Assembly (NCBI GenBank): GCA_032718475.1
Contig: JAUCBJ010001297.1
Location: forward strand, 60,824 to 124,823
Source of the DNA: Nemertoderma westbladi
Lineage: Eukaryota; Animalia; Xenacoelomorpha
DNA: 64,000 nt
Reading direction: 5' to 3'
Shown here piece after piece: positions 22,392 to 35,200 of this stretch. The stretch's first letter is position 1, and each line of letters opens with the position of its first letter. The notes under the pieces were generated by a model. It ran no database searches. It had not been told where the DNA came from and saw only the letters and a program-made list of their open reading frames with translations. The translations under genes were made by a program, and so were the position numbers.

Positions 22392-24672
22392 ACAACGTCA
22401 GACCAATCAATCATCGAAGCAGTACCACATATCTCATTCCAATTGGCTCTGGACCAATCTCTAGTCCGGTTGGTGGGGAGGTTTCCATTATTTATAGGGG
22501 GAAGCCCCGAACAAGTTATAACAAAATGGTCGCTTAGTTTATCCCCAATACCAAAGCGGTTGCCAACAGCTGTATCACCTATCAGCATCGGATCAGTCGC
22601 GAAAACAAGATCTAAGATACCACCCTCTGTGTGAGTAGGTTCTAGAACCAGTTGTGTTAGGTACCTGTCAGAGATCGAATCAATAAATCGCTGGGCCACA
22701 GTTGGGTATGGGCATTGATTAGATGGGGCTGGGATGGACCAGTCGATATGGCGGAGATTAAAGTCTCCAGTTATGATAACAGGTCGCGTAAGTTCTATAG
22801 GGCAGAACAGTTTGTAAGATTTTTTCCCCATAAAAATCTGGAGGGAAAGAAATCTAGGAACCAAACGTTCTAACTAAATAAAAGTTTTAAGTTACAGAAT
22901 AATAGAATAAAACTACGTTGGGGATTTCCGGCTAAATCACGAGTCAAATGAAACCACAGGAATGTTTTGAAAGGCGACTCGCCTTACCATTCGTTCTAGT
23001 TAAAGTAAAGGAAGGTTTTCTTTGTACCTTGGTTTAGGCTTTCCTAGGGAAACTGAAAGTAAACAAACCAGTAGGCGGACCTGAATACACCTACGCCGTG
23101 TAGAATGCCCTACACACAATCCAAACCAGTCAAATTTACCTCACAAACCTGCTCAGAGCAAGCGAACCCACCCGCCCAATGATGGTTGGTAGATCCTGGA
23201 AGCTAACTAGTGTAGACCGTGGAGCATCCACATCCAACATCATCGATCTCGCATTGAACGACTCGCCCGCTCCCGTTAACGATAAGGTGCCTCTCCGGTC
23301 ATCCGTCTTAGTAACCAGTCAACCTAAGGTCGGCCATAATCCGACCTTGGCGTGACGCTAAGAGTTTTAATCCGTATGCCAGTAACCGATAGTTCACCCC
23401 CATAAGGCCAAAGGCCTTTTAGATCAAGGCCCGAAAGCCTAAAGGAAAATATAGTTTGAAATTCGGAATACTATATTTTAGATTGCCTGGAAACCTTTGA
23501 TGAAAACTAAGCTTCTAACTTCCTAAGAAAGGCAAGGTGGAGTACAAAGACTCATGAAAATATACCGGAGACAAAATATCTTCTAAACCAACGTAGAAAT
23601 ATATCACTAACAATATAAATAATTGTGATCAACTAATCAAATAACTTTAACTTATAAAACCGGTAGAATAATATTGGCAAATTGTGAATTTTGAACACCG
23701 TGAATTGAGACTAATAATAATTATGTAGCAACTGTATTATATCAGGACAATAAACAGGGCCGCTTTATCAATATCAAGGCCCCTACTCCTCTAGGCGGTA
23801 ATGTAGGTTATATCAGCTGACCAATAGGAAGCTACCTTTACTACACAGCATTTTCCCTAATGCATTTTCCGCCTAAGTAAACAGTTTAACCAATATAATA
23901 ATATTGTTACAGGGAGCCACTCGGATGGAGAGGATTAATTGAAATCAATATAATACAATACTATAACCGGCACATTTATCTAAGGCTATCTGACGGCTTG
24001 TAAAATATAGCACATGAATTTACCCAAATATAATTTCCGGTCAAATAAATTAATTCCTGCTGTAAAGCTATAATTTGGACCAAAAATAAGTAAATAACGG
24101 AGCGGGTGCCAAAAAAAGTGACACAGTTCAAAGTCAGAAGTTATACAGTTAATGTTATCAGCAGTTACATCAGGAATGTATACTGTGCCCAACCGCATTG
24201 GCGTTTTATATGCATATAAATTGACCCATAAAGACTCACCTACTGAAGGATAATCTATCTTGATTGGTTGAAGTACTTGCGATATTAACATTGCAACACC
24301 ACCACCACGATTGGAGCTAGTTGTCCCCGGGCGGTCTTGTCTAAATATAATAAAGTCTTTCAGTTCAAGGCAGGAGAATATATCGTCCGATTCATCATTA
24401 ATAAGATGTGTTTCCGTAAGACAGATTAAGAGCGGGTTTCCCATATGAATGGTTAGTAGGAATTGCAGAGCTGAAAGTTTGTTCCGGATTGATCGGCAAT
24501 TCATGCAAATAAGGGTTGGGGTTACAGTCTTATTGTTAGTTACATCATCATAATTTAGAGATGCAGTGGCTGAGTGCACGTGTTTTCAGGATTGTGAGGG
24601 TGAGTTAATGGAAGCTTCAATTATTGGTGTACCATTTTGCAGAAGACTGGGGTTACTTATTGCAGACCGGGC
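22392..24672 (-). pseudogene. LINE (CR1/L2/Jockey-group-like) ORF2 AP-endonuclease fragment, split by later insertions
   Basis: MNCRSIRNK, CLTETHL, RQDR..RGGGVA, TVYIP, then ITGDFN, LTQLV.EPT, LDLVF, SDH. Removing 22796-24125 restores TSDFELTRPVIITGDFN. Confidence 0.9.
22796..24125. mobile_element. 1.33-kb non-coding insertion, probable solo LTR
   Basis: Flanked by GTTC (or AGTTC) duplication at 22792-22795 and 24126-24129; termini TA...CA; precisely interrupts the LINE frame. Confidence 0.6.
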
Positions 24673-25757
24673 TGTAAAAGCTTTTGCGGATATAACAAGC
24701 CATTTTTCTCCGCAATATACCGTGTAGGTGTTATAGCGGACATAACAAGCCATTTTTACCCGCTATGTCTGCATGTGTGCTTTAGCGGACATAACAAGCC
24801 ATTTTTGCCGCAATGCGCATAATACTCTAAAGACTGGAACTCAGATGACGACATCTGTCAGCTGATTTACTGCCAACGTGGAACCTTTTTTCTTTGTTCG
24901 GCTCAGCCAATCAGAGCGATTTTCATTTTATGTGTGCTTTAGCCCTATGTAGCCTGCTCATGTAGTCTGCTATGTAGCTATGTAGCCTATGTACCGTGCT
25001 AGGCATGTCATGTGTCAGTGTCTTAGTTTTTATCTTTCCAGGCCCAGAACACCGGCTTTGGATTCTTCTGTGCTTCTGTGGAAGTTTCAGACTTTGACCG
25101 GAACATTAGATAGCTTTGATTGTAGAAACGTAAATCTATAACCTGTACTGCATTGGACTCTCACCGCATTATTTTACTTCTGTTTACTGTCTGTTATTAA
25201 TTGATATATATGGATGGATATATTGTTATATTTTGAGAATAACGATAAATAATCATAAAACCCCAATCTTCTTGATTACTGAAGGTAAGAGGGCCGGTAA
25301 CCTGTAGCAATTGCGACTTACATTATAGTGGTTTTGTGTGAATTAAATGCTATTTCATAGTCCCTACATGTGTCAGTTGCTATCCTCCTTATATATGATC
25401 AAATTCAGTGACGGTTGGCAGATGAGTGTGAAGTAGTGTGAAGTTGTGTGCAGTAGAGTGATTGGTAATAAAGCATCTCCTAAAGAATGCGCCTTTTACG
25501 AAACTCAGTAACCATCTAGTTGTGATTAGTATAAGTCATAACTCTGTTTTATACTTAAAGCACCACGTCCTAAAGGAACTGTTAATATTTCCCCGAAAGT
25601 AAATATATTGTCAGAGATTATATAGTAATGACCAATCGAATAATACAGTAGGTCTACAACGCAATAATAAGACCAAGCCCCCGAATCCAGTCTCCCTTAA
25701 CAGTGGGTGGATGGTCGCGCATAGACTGGCTTCGGCTAATGTTATTTCAGTGTAATA

Positions 25758-26423
25758 CAGTACAGGCCACCAGAAAAAGCAGATTTCACCCAATGTGATC
25801 ACATGTGAACACATTTGTTCAAGTCATCTGATTGGCAGGTTATGGCGAGTTATCTAGCTAACTTGCTGGGACCGACAAAGGCTTAGTGTGCGGTGCGCCT
25901 GTATGTCTGATATCAGGTAGATGAGAGAGCCCACAGGGCGTAACATTGCGGACATGGGCTGTATTGGTAGAGAGAGAACTACATACAAGACCACATGGAG
26001 GTTCATGGAGTGTATGGGAGTGGATGGGTATATGGATGGACGAGCCTAGACCATTGAATAATTAATTTAGTGCAGGGAGATGTCGCGCCATTAGTCTGGC
26101 ACCGAGAGGGCACAGAGAAACACCAGAAGATGGCTTAACATCACTAAATATAGGCCTGCCTACTAGACACTATTAACCGCACACTATAAAGGTAAACAAA
26201 ATCCTTATCGCATTTGCGGCAAACTACAGAGAGTTTCCAGATTACTAAGCGTTTCAAAAGTATTCAATTGTATCCTTTGGCAAAAAAAATTTGGTTGTTG
26301 CCAATTCAATTATGTTCAATTATGTTCAATTGTCCCGTTCAACAACATTACATTTCACTGGTACACATTTGATAAAATGTGTTCCCAATTGTACAAATCT
26401 GCGTTTTCTAGTGACCTGTACTG
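25758..26423. mobile_element. Non-autonomous Tc1/mariner-pogo-like DNA transposon (MITE) inside the D' LTR
   Basis: Imperfect ~28-bp TIRs CAGTACAGGCCACCAGAAAAAGCAGATT / AATCTGCGTTTTCTAGTGACCTGTACTG, TA on both sides, absent from the D LTR. Confidence 0.85.
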
Positions 26424-28290
26424 TAAATAATTGTTATCGGCTAAAGTCGATTTATAAATTAGAAGACAACTAAAATTGGCAGGTTAAACTGCTAAAGGTC
26501 TAAAAGCGCGAACAGTAATAGTTTTTTAGTTTTTTTATTGCACCGTAGGCAATAAAGTTTAATGTACCGGTCGAACGGTGAACTGTAGGCCTAACTACCT
26601 AATTCCCCGAACCAGTACTTACCGGTACCCAGTATTATTTCGATTGTGATATTTGTATAGTAGTAGGCTGTTTAAGAGATTAGGGACTGTACACCCCTTG
26701 TTTCTTTTAGACTTATTTCTGTCAGTTTTATTTATCTGTAAGCGAAATATTGAGCAGAAGGCGTGTAAGCCCGCTCAAATTGTGCAAATAATTTGTAGGC
26801 TGGATTGTTGTCTAGCTGTTGTTAAGTTTGAAGCGATTGCAGTGTGTGTAGAGTGTAGGTCCGATAAAGTACTAGTTAGGAAAGTGGGGGCATCCAGTGT
26901 TGTAAGGTGAATCCCCCCCCCCCCCCCCCGAAAGAATAAGTCGTACTACTACGCATACTAACTAACCATTTCGGAGTCTGCAAATACTGTAGTTTATTTA
27001 GGCTAGACAGTAGTCTGCCAGCATTTGGTTTGTATTTTGTTTGTATAGTCTGCACGGGTAGCGTAATATTTATTATTCAGAGTTTATGCGAGTATTTGCA
27101 ACCTACATACCCCCCAAGTTTATTCCTACAGTAATTGTGCTTGTTATACATACCGTTATAGTTAAATTAACCCCAGTACTACATCAGGGCTGCTTGGCGT
27201 AGGTAAAGACTGGTGATTTTATGCTCTAGTCACTCCAGCAGATACCGTGGTTCTTTTAGCTGTTCAAGTATATTTAACTGCTGGTTATTTGTTGTATAAG
27301 TATTTGTACCTAATCTAGGGTTTAGAGTACAGTACTTTCCGAAGGTAATTTAGTTTGTAGGCAGTATATTTGTGTTGTAAAGTAGTTAATAGGCACGTTA
27401 GCTCTGGTTGGCTGCGGTAATTAACTTCTAGGTAAGGACACTCCGGGTACATAACGTAGTACTTATAGTGCTGTAGAGCAAAAAGACTATAAGTCATCAG
27501 ACGGTGGTAATTTCTTATCTGGACAACACAGTGTATTTACTACTGCTTAATTATTTTCAAATACCGTAGTATCCTGTCCATTTGTAATAACCAGAAATTC
27601 TAACTCCCTGTTAGACTGGTTTGTAGAATTCCTGTAAAATTACCCTAAAATTTGTACGTGTAATTTGTTATTGTTTATTTAGAGATTGTAATCTCATCCT
27701 GTATGTAAGTAATTAGTAGTAATAAGTAACTTAGTAAAGTAGAATTATTTGTTTTAGTGTCCAACAGGTAGCACTCCACTGAGAGTGTTTAGCTTCTGTG
27801 TAGTGACCCCTTAATCAGAAATAATAACATTTGTTTCAAATATTGACAAAACCCTTGTACGGGTACTTATATATTATAAATCAACTCAAACCGATTTATA
27901 AAATAGTAGGCCTGTTATACATCAATTAGGTCTTAATATCAGTAGGGCTACTGCTTGATAACAGTAATAAAGTAAAAGAAAGTAACCTTTAAATTCAGAA
28001 ATTCAGTTATTATAAAATAATTGACATTACCGGTATTTAAGGTAGGCTTATTATATATATTTATATAAATTTAGGCTGAAATTATATACCGGTATTCTGT
28101 GACTAAACCTAGTCTGCAACAATACTTATATATACTATAAGTGTATAACGGTATTTTAATATATTATATATATCACGTTACATTGAGTAACGGTATCGGT
28201 AATTGATCACTAGGCTTACAGTTGATACTGAATTACTAGACTTGCTTTAACTGTCGTTATAGTAGTAGGCATTCAACTGCACAATCGAAC

Positions 28291-31200
28291 ATGGCTGACA
28301 CAAAGCAAACTCTGTCAGATAGTCTCCTAGAAAGAACAGTCTGCGACTCAGACAGGAGTGTAGAACATCTTAGACCGAAGTCCAAGTCCCCTCCTACTGT
28401 AAGAAAGGTCATCCATTCAGTAGTAGTATCAGACCCTAGGCTAGTCAAGCACCGTAGGTCTATTATAGGCACGCGGGCTCAAGTCAAGCGGGACCAAGAG
28501 GCAGCTGTTAAACAGCAGCACCAGCAACACCCTAGCTGAGAACTTATTTCTCAGCGGCCCGATAGCTCCAGTAGTTCAGATACTGTAGAGTTGACACCCG
28601 AGATCGGAGCAAAGATGGCAGAAGCAGTTTATTCTGATCCGCTTCTCATTCTTCCTGAGGCCGTACTCACTAGAGTATTGATCGCTGTGGAAGAACATCA
28701 AATCGATTGGGCGAGAAGTAAGCGATCGACCAAAGATAGTTATGCTGGATACCCGATGGAAGAACTGAGGTCTATTGTCGAGGCGCAATGGAACTTCCCC
28801 GGACCCGGACTCCCGTTTAACTTATCGGAAGCTACCTGGGAGGACTTATACCGGATGGGAGTAGTCAAGGATACTAGAGATCCCGCTGTGTGGAAGAGGT
28901 CGGCAGCAGGATATGTCCAGGGATTCTTCAGCTCTTTGGAGCGATTAGAGGAACACCTGTTTCAACAACCTCACGGACCTCAAGAGCAGGGAGAGCTGCT
29001 TTATCAAGTTTGCGAACGAATTCTACGGATCAGACTAATCCTTTCAGCCTTTGAGGAAGCCTCGAAGAGAAGCCAAGACACGTCGTTGCAAGTTGCCGTA
29101 AAGAATTGGTTCCAACGAGTGAGTCTTAAAGTCCAAGGAACCACACAATGGAAAATTCAGCTAGCTGAGCGCTCAACCCAAGGAGAATCAACAGACGCTG
29201 TCTATTCTCAAGTGGAAAGCGAAGCGACGTCAGAAAAACCTCAGAAGAAGGACGCTATTGACATCTATCTGTCGGACTATCAACGATTTATAGGTGACAA
29301 AGAGTTAAGGAGACGGCTAGCTGGACTTCACCCTAAGAGTGAGGGAGCCAAATTTGTGTTGGACTCGTTGGATGCGGAAATATTAGCCGTTGAGCAGGCT
29401 AAATTTGATGAAAGCATCCGCATCGCTAAGGAACAGGAAGAACAGTTAAAGAAAAAACGAATAGAAGACAGAAAGTCAGCAGCAGCGGCAGCTGCAGAAG
29501 TTGAAAGAAAGGCAGCAGCGGCAGCTGCAGAGGCAGAAGCGGAAAGAAAAGTAGCAGCAGCAGAAGCGGAAAGAAAAGCGGCAGAGGCAGTGGCAGAAGC
29601 AGAATGGAGGGCATCTGAAGAGACAACCCAACTAGAGTTGGAAAATCTTCAAGAGAAGCAAGACAACTTCAATAAACAGAGAACAGCTACTTATATGCAG
29701 CTGCTAAGTCGATCTACTCCCAAGAGACAGGGATTTACATCCTCTGACGAGGGCGATACAACAGATCCTGAAGGTGGAGGAAATCGATCTCGTTCCAGCG
29801 GATGTAGAAGAACGCCCCACCGTCAGAAATTGCCTAATTTGCCCCCAGCTGTGAGAAGGCAACTAGCTAGTGTAGACTTAGGTAGTACAGAACCCACCGA
29901 CCAAATTATTAGAGTAGAAAGACTCCCTACTATAGTAGATGAGCCGGAAATAATTAGGCCTGTTCTTGAAGCCACTCCCTCTGTGATAGAGACACCTGTA
30001 CTTCCAGAACCCAACTCAAAACTCCCTTTGCACAGTACTAAACTACCTGTGCCCAGTAGGACAGTTCCCGAGTCAATGCCAATCCTGGACGCCGAGCGAG
30101 ACATTAACGATTTATCGCCTGTCGTCCCTCGTCTACCCGCTACTATGTTGGCGGCTCCCGCTTCGGCGGTAGAGTGGGTGGATGAGGGATGGCGGGAGAT
30201 GGGTCTCCTGCTCGGGCAGCTGAGAGAACACCGTGTGTGTTCCTCCCAGCAGGTCCGGGAGTTGGAGGGGACTGTTCAGCAGTTAAAGGGAACAGTAAGA
30301 GAGGGTACCTAAAGAGGTGAGGTCTCTATAGGGGTGCCCTCAACAGGCGGCGGCGGACTCGTGAGGGTCTGGGGGCACGTTAAATCTCTTACTAAGTGCA
30401 AGGGAGATACTGAAGGCCCTCGTGTCTAGCGAACCATGAATCAACATGGTGCTGTGGTACCGTCTAGTCGGCCTGCTGCCATACTGCTAGTCCTGTACAC
30501 AGTAGGGCTGGTGGCTTAGTGTGATCTGTGGTTTATGTGGTGTTTATGTTTAGTATGTATGTATGAGTTGACCAGACTCTTTACTGTCTCCAATAGGCTG
30601 CTGAAACGTGTCTTTTCCCAGGGTAGAACTATTGGAATGGAGGTGTTGCATCGGAATGGGCAGGATTCTGATGATTCTGTTGGTACTACTATTGAAATGG
30701 AGGTAGCACCTGGAATATCTGCTGCAAGGATTGGTTGGTGTTGTAGTGTGGTCCGAGTGAACGATTTTGTCCACCGACAATTTTGTCCCCTCTGTTTTTG
30801 TCACCGATTTTGTCTTCCCCGATTATGTCTTCTGTGTGTGCATGGTATGTGTCCAATTTTGTATTTACCGTTGTGTACTTGATTTTGTGAGCATCTGTTG
30901 AGTACACGTGTACAGTGACTAGTAAGTGGTTACTTGTTCCTAGCTTTCGAGCTAGTCAGTATTGTTTGCGGAACCGACTTCCCCTCTATACTGCTGGAGA
31001 GGTGGGTGAAAACGTGTCAAAATTCCATGTTGGGTAGCGCAAGCCCACTTGGGACAAGACCGTTGGTTTGGCTCAAGGGCAACCTTGATGCTCGATCGCT
31101 ATTGACTGGTCCACCCACCGGTTGACTCTCTGAGTTGGCTCAATGTAGAGTCAGGCCACAGTAAGTTGACAGTAGCCGACCGGACAAATCTGGCTACACG

Positions 31201-31526
31201 TGCAACGAGCTGTGCCGGTGTGATCGGGGGATTGAAAATTGAACCCAGGAAGCATCGGGCTACCCTCCGGCCCGGTCTGATAAAAACGGAGTCAGACTGG
31301 CCCCAAGGGTGGTGGGACAGCGTCCGCCTCGTGGGTGCGCCTCGGGGAGGAGCCCAGAAGGACGCAAGCGAGGTTAGAGTTGCAAGAAGTGCTGCAGAGT
31401 ATCGCGTTAGAACGCGATAAATTGGTAAATATTCAAAAGGGTATACCACCACCCCCTGTAAGAATGTGTCAACCTGTTAGGTCTGAAGTATTTCATACGC
31501 AAGGTGTAGAGCCTAAATGCATCTAT
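28291..31526 (+). pseudogene. gag: Gag N-terminal extension of D', disrupted
   Basis: ORFs 28291-28539 and 28591-30312 closely match 16622-19039 (-); stop at 28537, ~1-kb insertion at 30308-31370, resumes at RLELQEV. Confidence 0.88.
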
Positions 31527-31589
31527 ATCTATAGGTCGTATATATATATATATATATCGTATATAGGTGTATATATATCTATAGGTGTA

Positions 31590-31656
31590 GATTCCCGTCG
31601 TCGACTCCTTGGGCGCTGGTGTTATCAGCTCCGGGTATCGCTTCGCGGGTGGCACC
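31590..31656 (-). mobile_element. Short fragment of the A/B/C extra-ORF 3' end (left part; continues at 50381-50452); insertion target of copy B
   Basis: Matches 52445-52510, and 50381-50452 matches 52507-52578 of copy C. Confidence 0.85.
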
Positions 31657-32186
31657 TGTTAGCTTATTCAATCCCGCTAACACCCCATAAAGTTATAAGC
31701 CGATAAGCAATATTGGGAGCCACGAGATTGGGTAATTAACCAACTCGTGCCATCCCAATAAGAATGGGAAGGAAGCACACAATAGAGGGTCAGGGGCCAA
31801 ACCCCTAACCCAGAGAGAACAGGTGGAGTGAACGGGAACACTCCACGGGGCGCCAACAAGGGTATCAACCAATCAGAGGGGGGCAAGGCATCGATTAGGT
31901 AGTAATTAGGCCAACCGTGTAATATAACCAGTAACCCAATATCAGTAATTCAGTTATCTCAGTGCAGTAGTGCTAGCATAGGTTAATTAGTTTAGATAGG
32001 GGAGCACGGGACTTTTAGTTACCGTATCCCGCCTTCCATATACTATACAATATATCTATATCTTATACCTTTATTATTATACACCGAACTTCAGAACTCA
32101 TTTTACTTTCATTCACTCTTTATACACGGCGGGGACGCGTGAACTAAATACCGGATAAATCGGGATCCCTCCTGGATCCCGTCACA
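31657..32186 (+). repeat. 5' LTR of copy B
   Basis: 530 bp, TG...CA; differs from the 3' LTR by about one substitution and a 3-G indel, counted by eye. Confidence 0.96.
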
Positions 32187-32196
32187 GTAACTAAAA
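32187..32196 (+). promoter_or_regulatory. Non-tRNA primer-binding site candidate (GTAACTAAAA)
   Basis: Perfect reverse complement of TTTTAGTTAC at 32013-32022 in the same LTR. Confidence 0.72.
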
Positions 32197-32281
32197 TCAG
32201 CGGCCGCCCTAGCTAAACACAGTAACTAAAACCAACCGCTGCCCTAGCTAGCCAAACCAACAGCCACCAATCACCAGCGAG

Positions 32282-35200
32282 ATGAGTCAATCGGGCGAGA
32301 CACCGACGCGGACCCCGGACGAAGACCAAACGATCCGTGAGGCCGCAACCAGGCGATATAGACCCACGACACCGGAGCCATCGATAACGGGCGAACCGGA
32401 AGTTCAAGACGAGGGGAGCCTGGAACAAGAGGTCGAGCCAAGAGGAAGGGAGAGCGAGACGGAGGGAGACAGAGATGAGTCGACACGGGACGGAGATCGG
32501 CGCACCGATGTCGCCGGCCAGCTACAGGCCGAGGACGACGAGCGGCCCACCGAAACGGCGACGGTGGGGCCGACGGTGCGACGCCGGACGCGAAGAGACG
32601 GAGGAGACATCGGTACCGATGTCGCCGGCCAGCTACAGGCCGAGGGCGACGGACGGCCCACCGGAACGGCGACGGTGGAGCCGCCGGCACGACGTCGAAC
32701 CCGGAGGGACGGAGGAGAGGTCGGCGACGAGGACGTCGGGGTTTCAGAGCGACTTCGACGGGCCTACAACACGACCCGGAAGCTAATAAAGGACGCCAAG
32801 AAGGAAGGGGCGAAGGTAGACGAGGTGAGACTGAGAAAGCGACTAGGTGAGTCGGATAGACACTTTAATTACCTAATACGTTTTGGGCAGAGAGAACTAG
32901 CCGAGGGGAGAGCAAAAGGGGTTGCAGGCGAACTGTTTGAACTATGGGAGTGTGGGAGTATGGAACCTAGCGTAGCGCCAGTGTACATAGGGCCATACTT
33001 GGTCGATGCCCGGGGAGTAAAATTAGTGGGTTGGAGGGGACCCGAGGGGGGCGGATCTTAGGTTAACCCCGAGGATTCGGCCTCGTCGGTCGGAGAAAGT
33101 TCCGGGAAGCGGGGGAAAGTTAGTAGGTCGGGAAGGCGGAGGGGTTCCGTCGTAACCGATAAGTCTGCTACATCCTCCGCGAAAGAAAGAGTGGTGAGAG
33201 AGATAGGTGCCGCATACCGTCTCAACATGGTAGAGCAAGGTCAGAAGGAAATGGAGGAACGGTTAGAGGAGGGGAGAGTGCGGTTAGAGAGGGAAGCGGC
33301 ATTGATTAGAGAAACCGGAGAGAGGGCCGAAAGGGCTTTGAGACACCCTAAGAGTGTGAGGAAATAGAGGAAAAGGAGTGTAGGGAGCGTGAGGCAAGGG
33401 AGGAAAGGGAACGCAAAGAGCGTGAGGCGGAACGCAAGGAATATGAGACGAGAAGGGAAAAGGAACGCAAGGAGCGTGAGGCGAGACGAGACGAAGGGAG
33501 AGCGCTAGGAGTGTAGCAGAGTCGGCCAGTCGGGACACCCAGGAGTGTGAGAGGAGAATGGCAGAGGCTGAGCGAGAGCAAAAGGAATTAAAGAGACGCC
33601 AAAGTGAACTTGCGGAACATAGGATTAGACGGGCGCACGAGCTGCAACTGGTGCGAGCGTCGCCGTCTGAAAGCGGGGCCGGCTCGAGTATTTTTGAGGA
33701 GCCGGGGGCCGTAGATACATTTATTAATACCCCACTGACAGGGACCGCACGACAGACCCAAAACTGGTGTGACCGTACGGGCGGGGGGGGGGGGGGTAAT
33801 AATAATGATGATACAGTAGACGTTGTTAATATTAATAGTACCGTATGGGATAACTCTAATCAAACCTTTATTGCAGGAAATACTTTGCCTAGTGGTAGTA
33901 ATTTAAATTTAAATCAGAACAATCCTAATATTAATGTAGAAAATAATTCTAATATTAATGTAATTACGCAAAATAATTCAAATAATCAAAATAATAACCC
34001 AAATTCGAACCTACAAAATAATTTAAATAACGCGATTACGCAAAATAATCCAAATAATTTAAATAATGATCCAAGCCCGAATTTACAAAATAATTCAGAT
34101 AGCGTAGTCGCGCAGAATAATACAAATGATTTCGTTCCAAACGAGCAAATCAATTCTGTTTCCAATATGGGTGCTATTAACGTAAACACGTCGGACGTGT
34201 ATAGCCAGGCAGATGAGGGCCTGGTAGGCCACGTAGTTGGTAGGCAGGGAGCAGAGGGCCTGGTAGGCCACGTAGTTGGTAGGCAGGGAGTAGAGGGCCT
34301 GGAAGGCCACGCAATAACAGGAGGAGAAGCGGGGGTGAATAGACCCGACCGCGGTAGGGTTGATGTGTCGACTAGAGAGGTATATAGTAGCGGGGTGAGA
34401 GGTAGCGAAGTAAAATGTAGCGAGTGGGGGGGGGGGGGGCTACGAGGGCCCCACAACAGAGAGTTAGCGGCGAGAAGGGGGGGGGGCAGAGAGTGTCCCA
34501 CAGCCGTCAGCGGACAATGCGCGGGCCGAAATAGGTAAACCGCAACAACCGGCGACGGAAAGTAATAGGGGGATTGCGGATATCCCCAGCGGCGTGCGAC
34601 CGAGCAGAGAGAGACGGGTTGACGTCGCGAGAGGGCGGACGAAGCGTCGAGCCCGATCAGAGGAAGGAAGAAGAACAGTGGGGTTTAACCGGGAGGTCGA
34701 CGAGAGATCTCACGAGCGGGAATATCCCACTGATAGGAGAAGAAAGGAAGACAGTAGTAGAAGTATCGCCGCGAACGATAGAAGAGCGAGGACGGATAGC
34801 GAGCCGTCGGTAGTCGAGATGAGAACGGAGAGTCAGTGGGGTCGGACTCCGGGAGATTGCCGTCGCCCCGGAGAGATGCGACCCGGCGAGGCGCACTACG
34901 CGCCGAGAGAGGGGTACGCGATGTACCGGTACGAAGATGAGAACAGTAGAGAGGGGGGTCGAAGAGAAACTTTCCGACGGAATATACCTACCGATCGAGA
35001 ATACGGTAGCCGCGGGGAGGATTATTCGAGAAGAATAAACTTCGATCCCGAACAACACATGCAGACTGTAGGACATACTGTAGGCCTTACTGCACATACC
35101 GTAGGCCATACTGAGAGAGGCAATGTAGGCGATAGGATAGCGTGGACAACGGGATTAAACCCGGAAGTCGCGGAATACATACCGGCGGGTAGGCCAGAAG

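Larger units (their letters stand above)
24673..31526 (+). mobile_element. 3'-truncated copy D' of the second BEL/Pao family
   Basis: Inverted homologue of ~16815-22391; starts TGTAAAAGCTTTTGCGG; homology stops abruptly at ~31526. Confidence 0.85.

Noticed and set aside
21929-22864. 311-aa ORF as a single gene
   Set aside because: It is a chimera of solo-LTR sequence, LINE endonuclease and the D LTR read in one frame.
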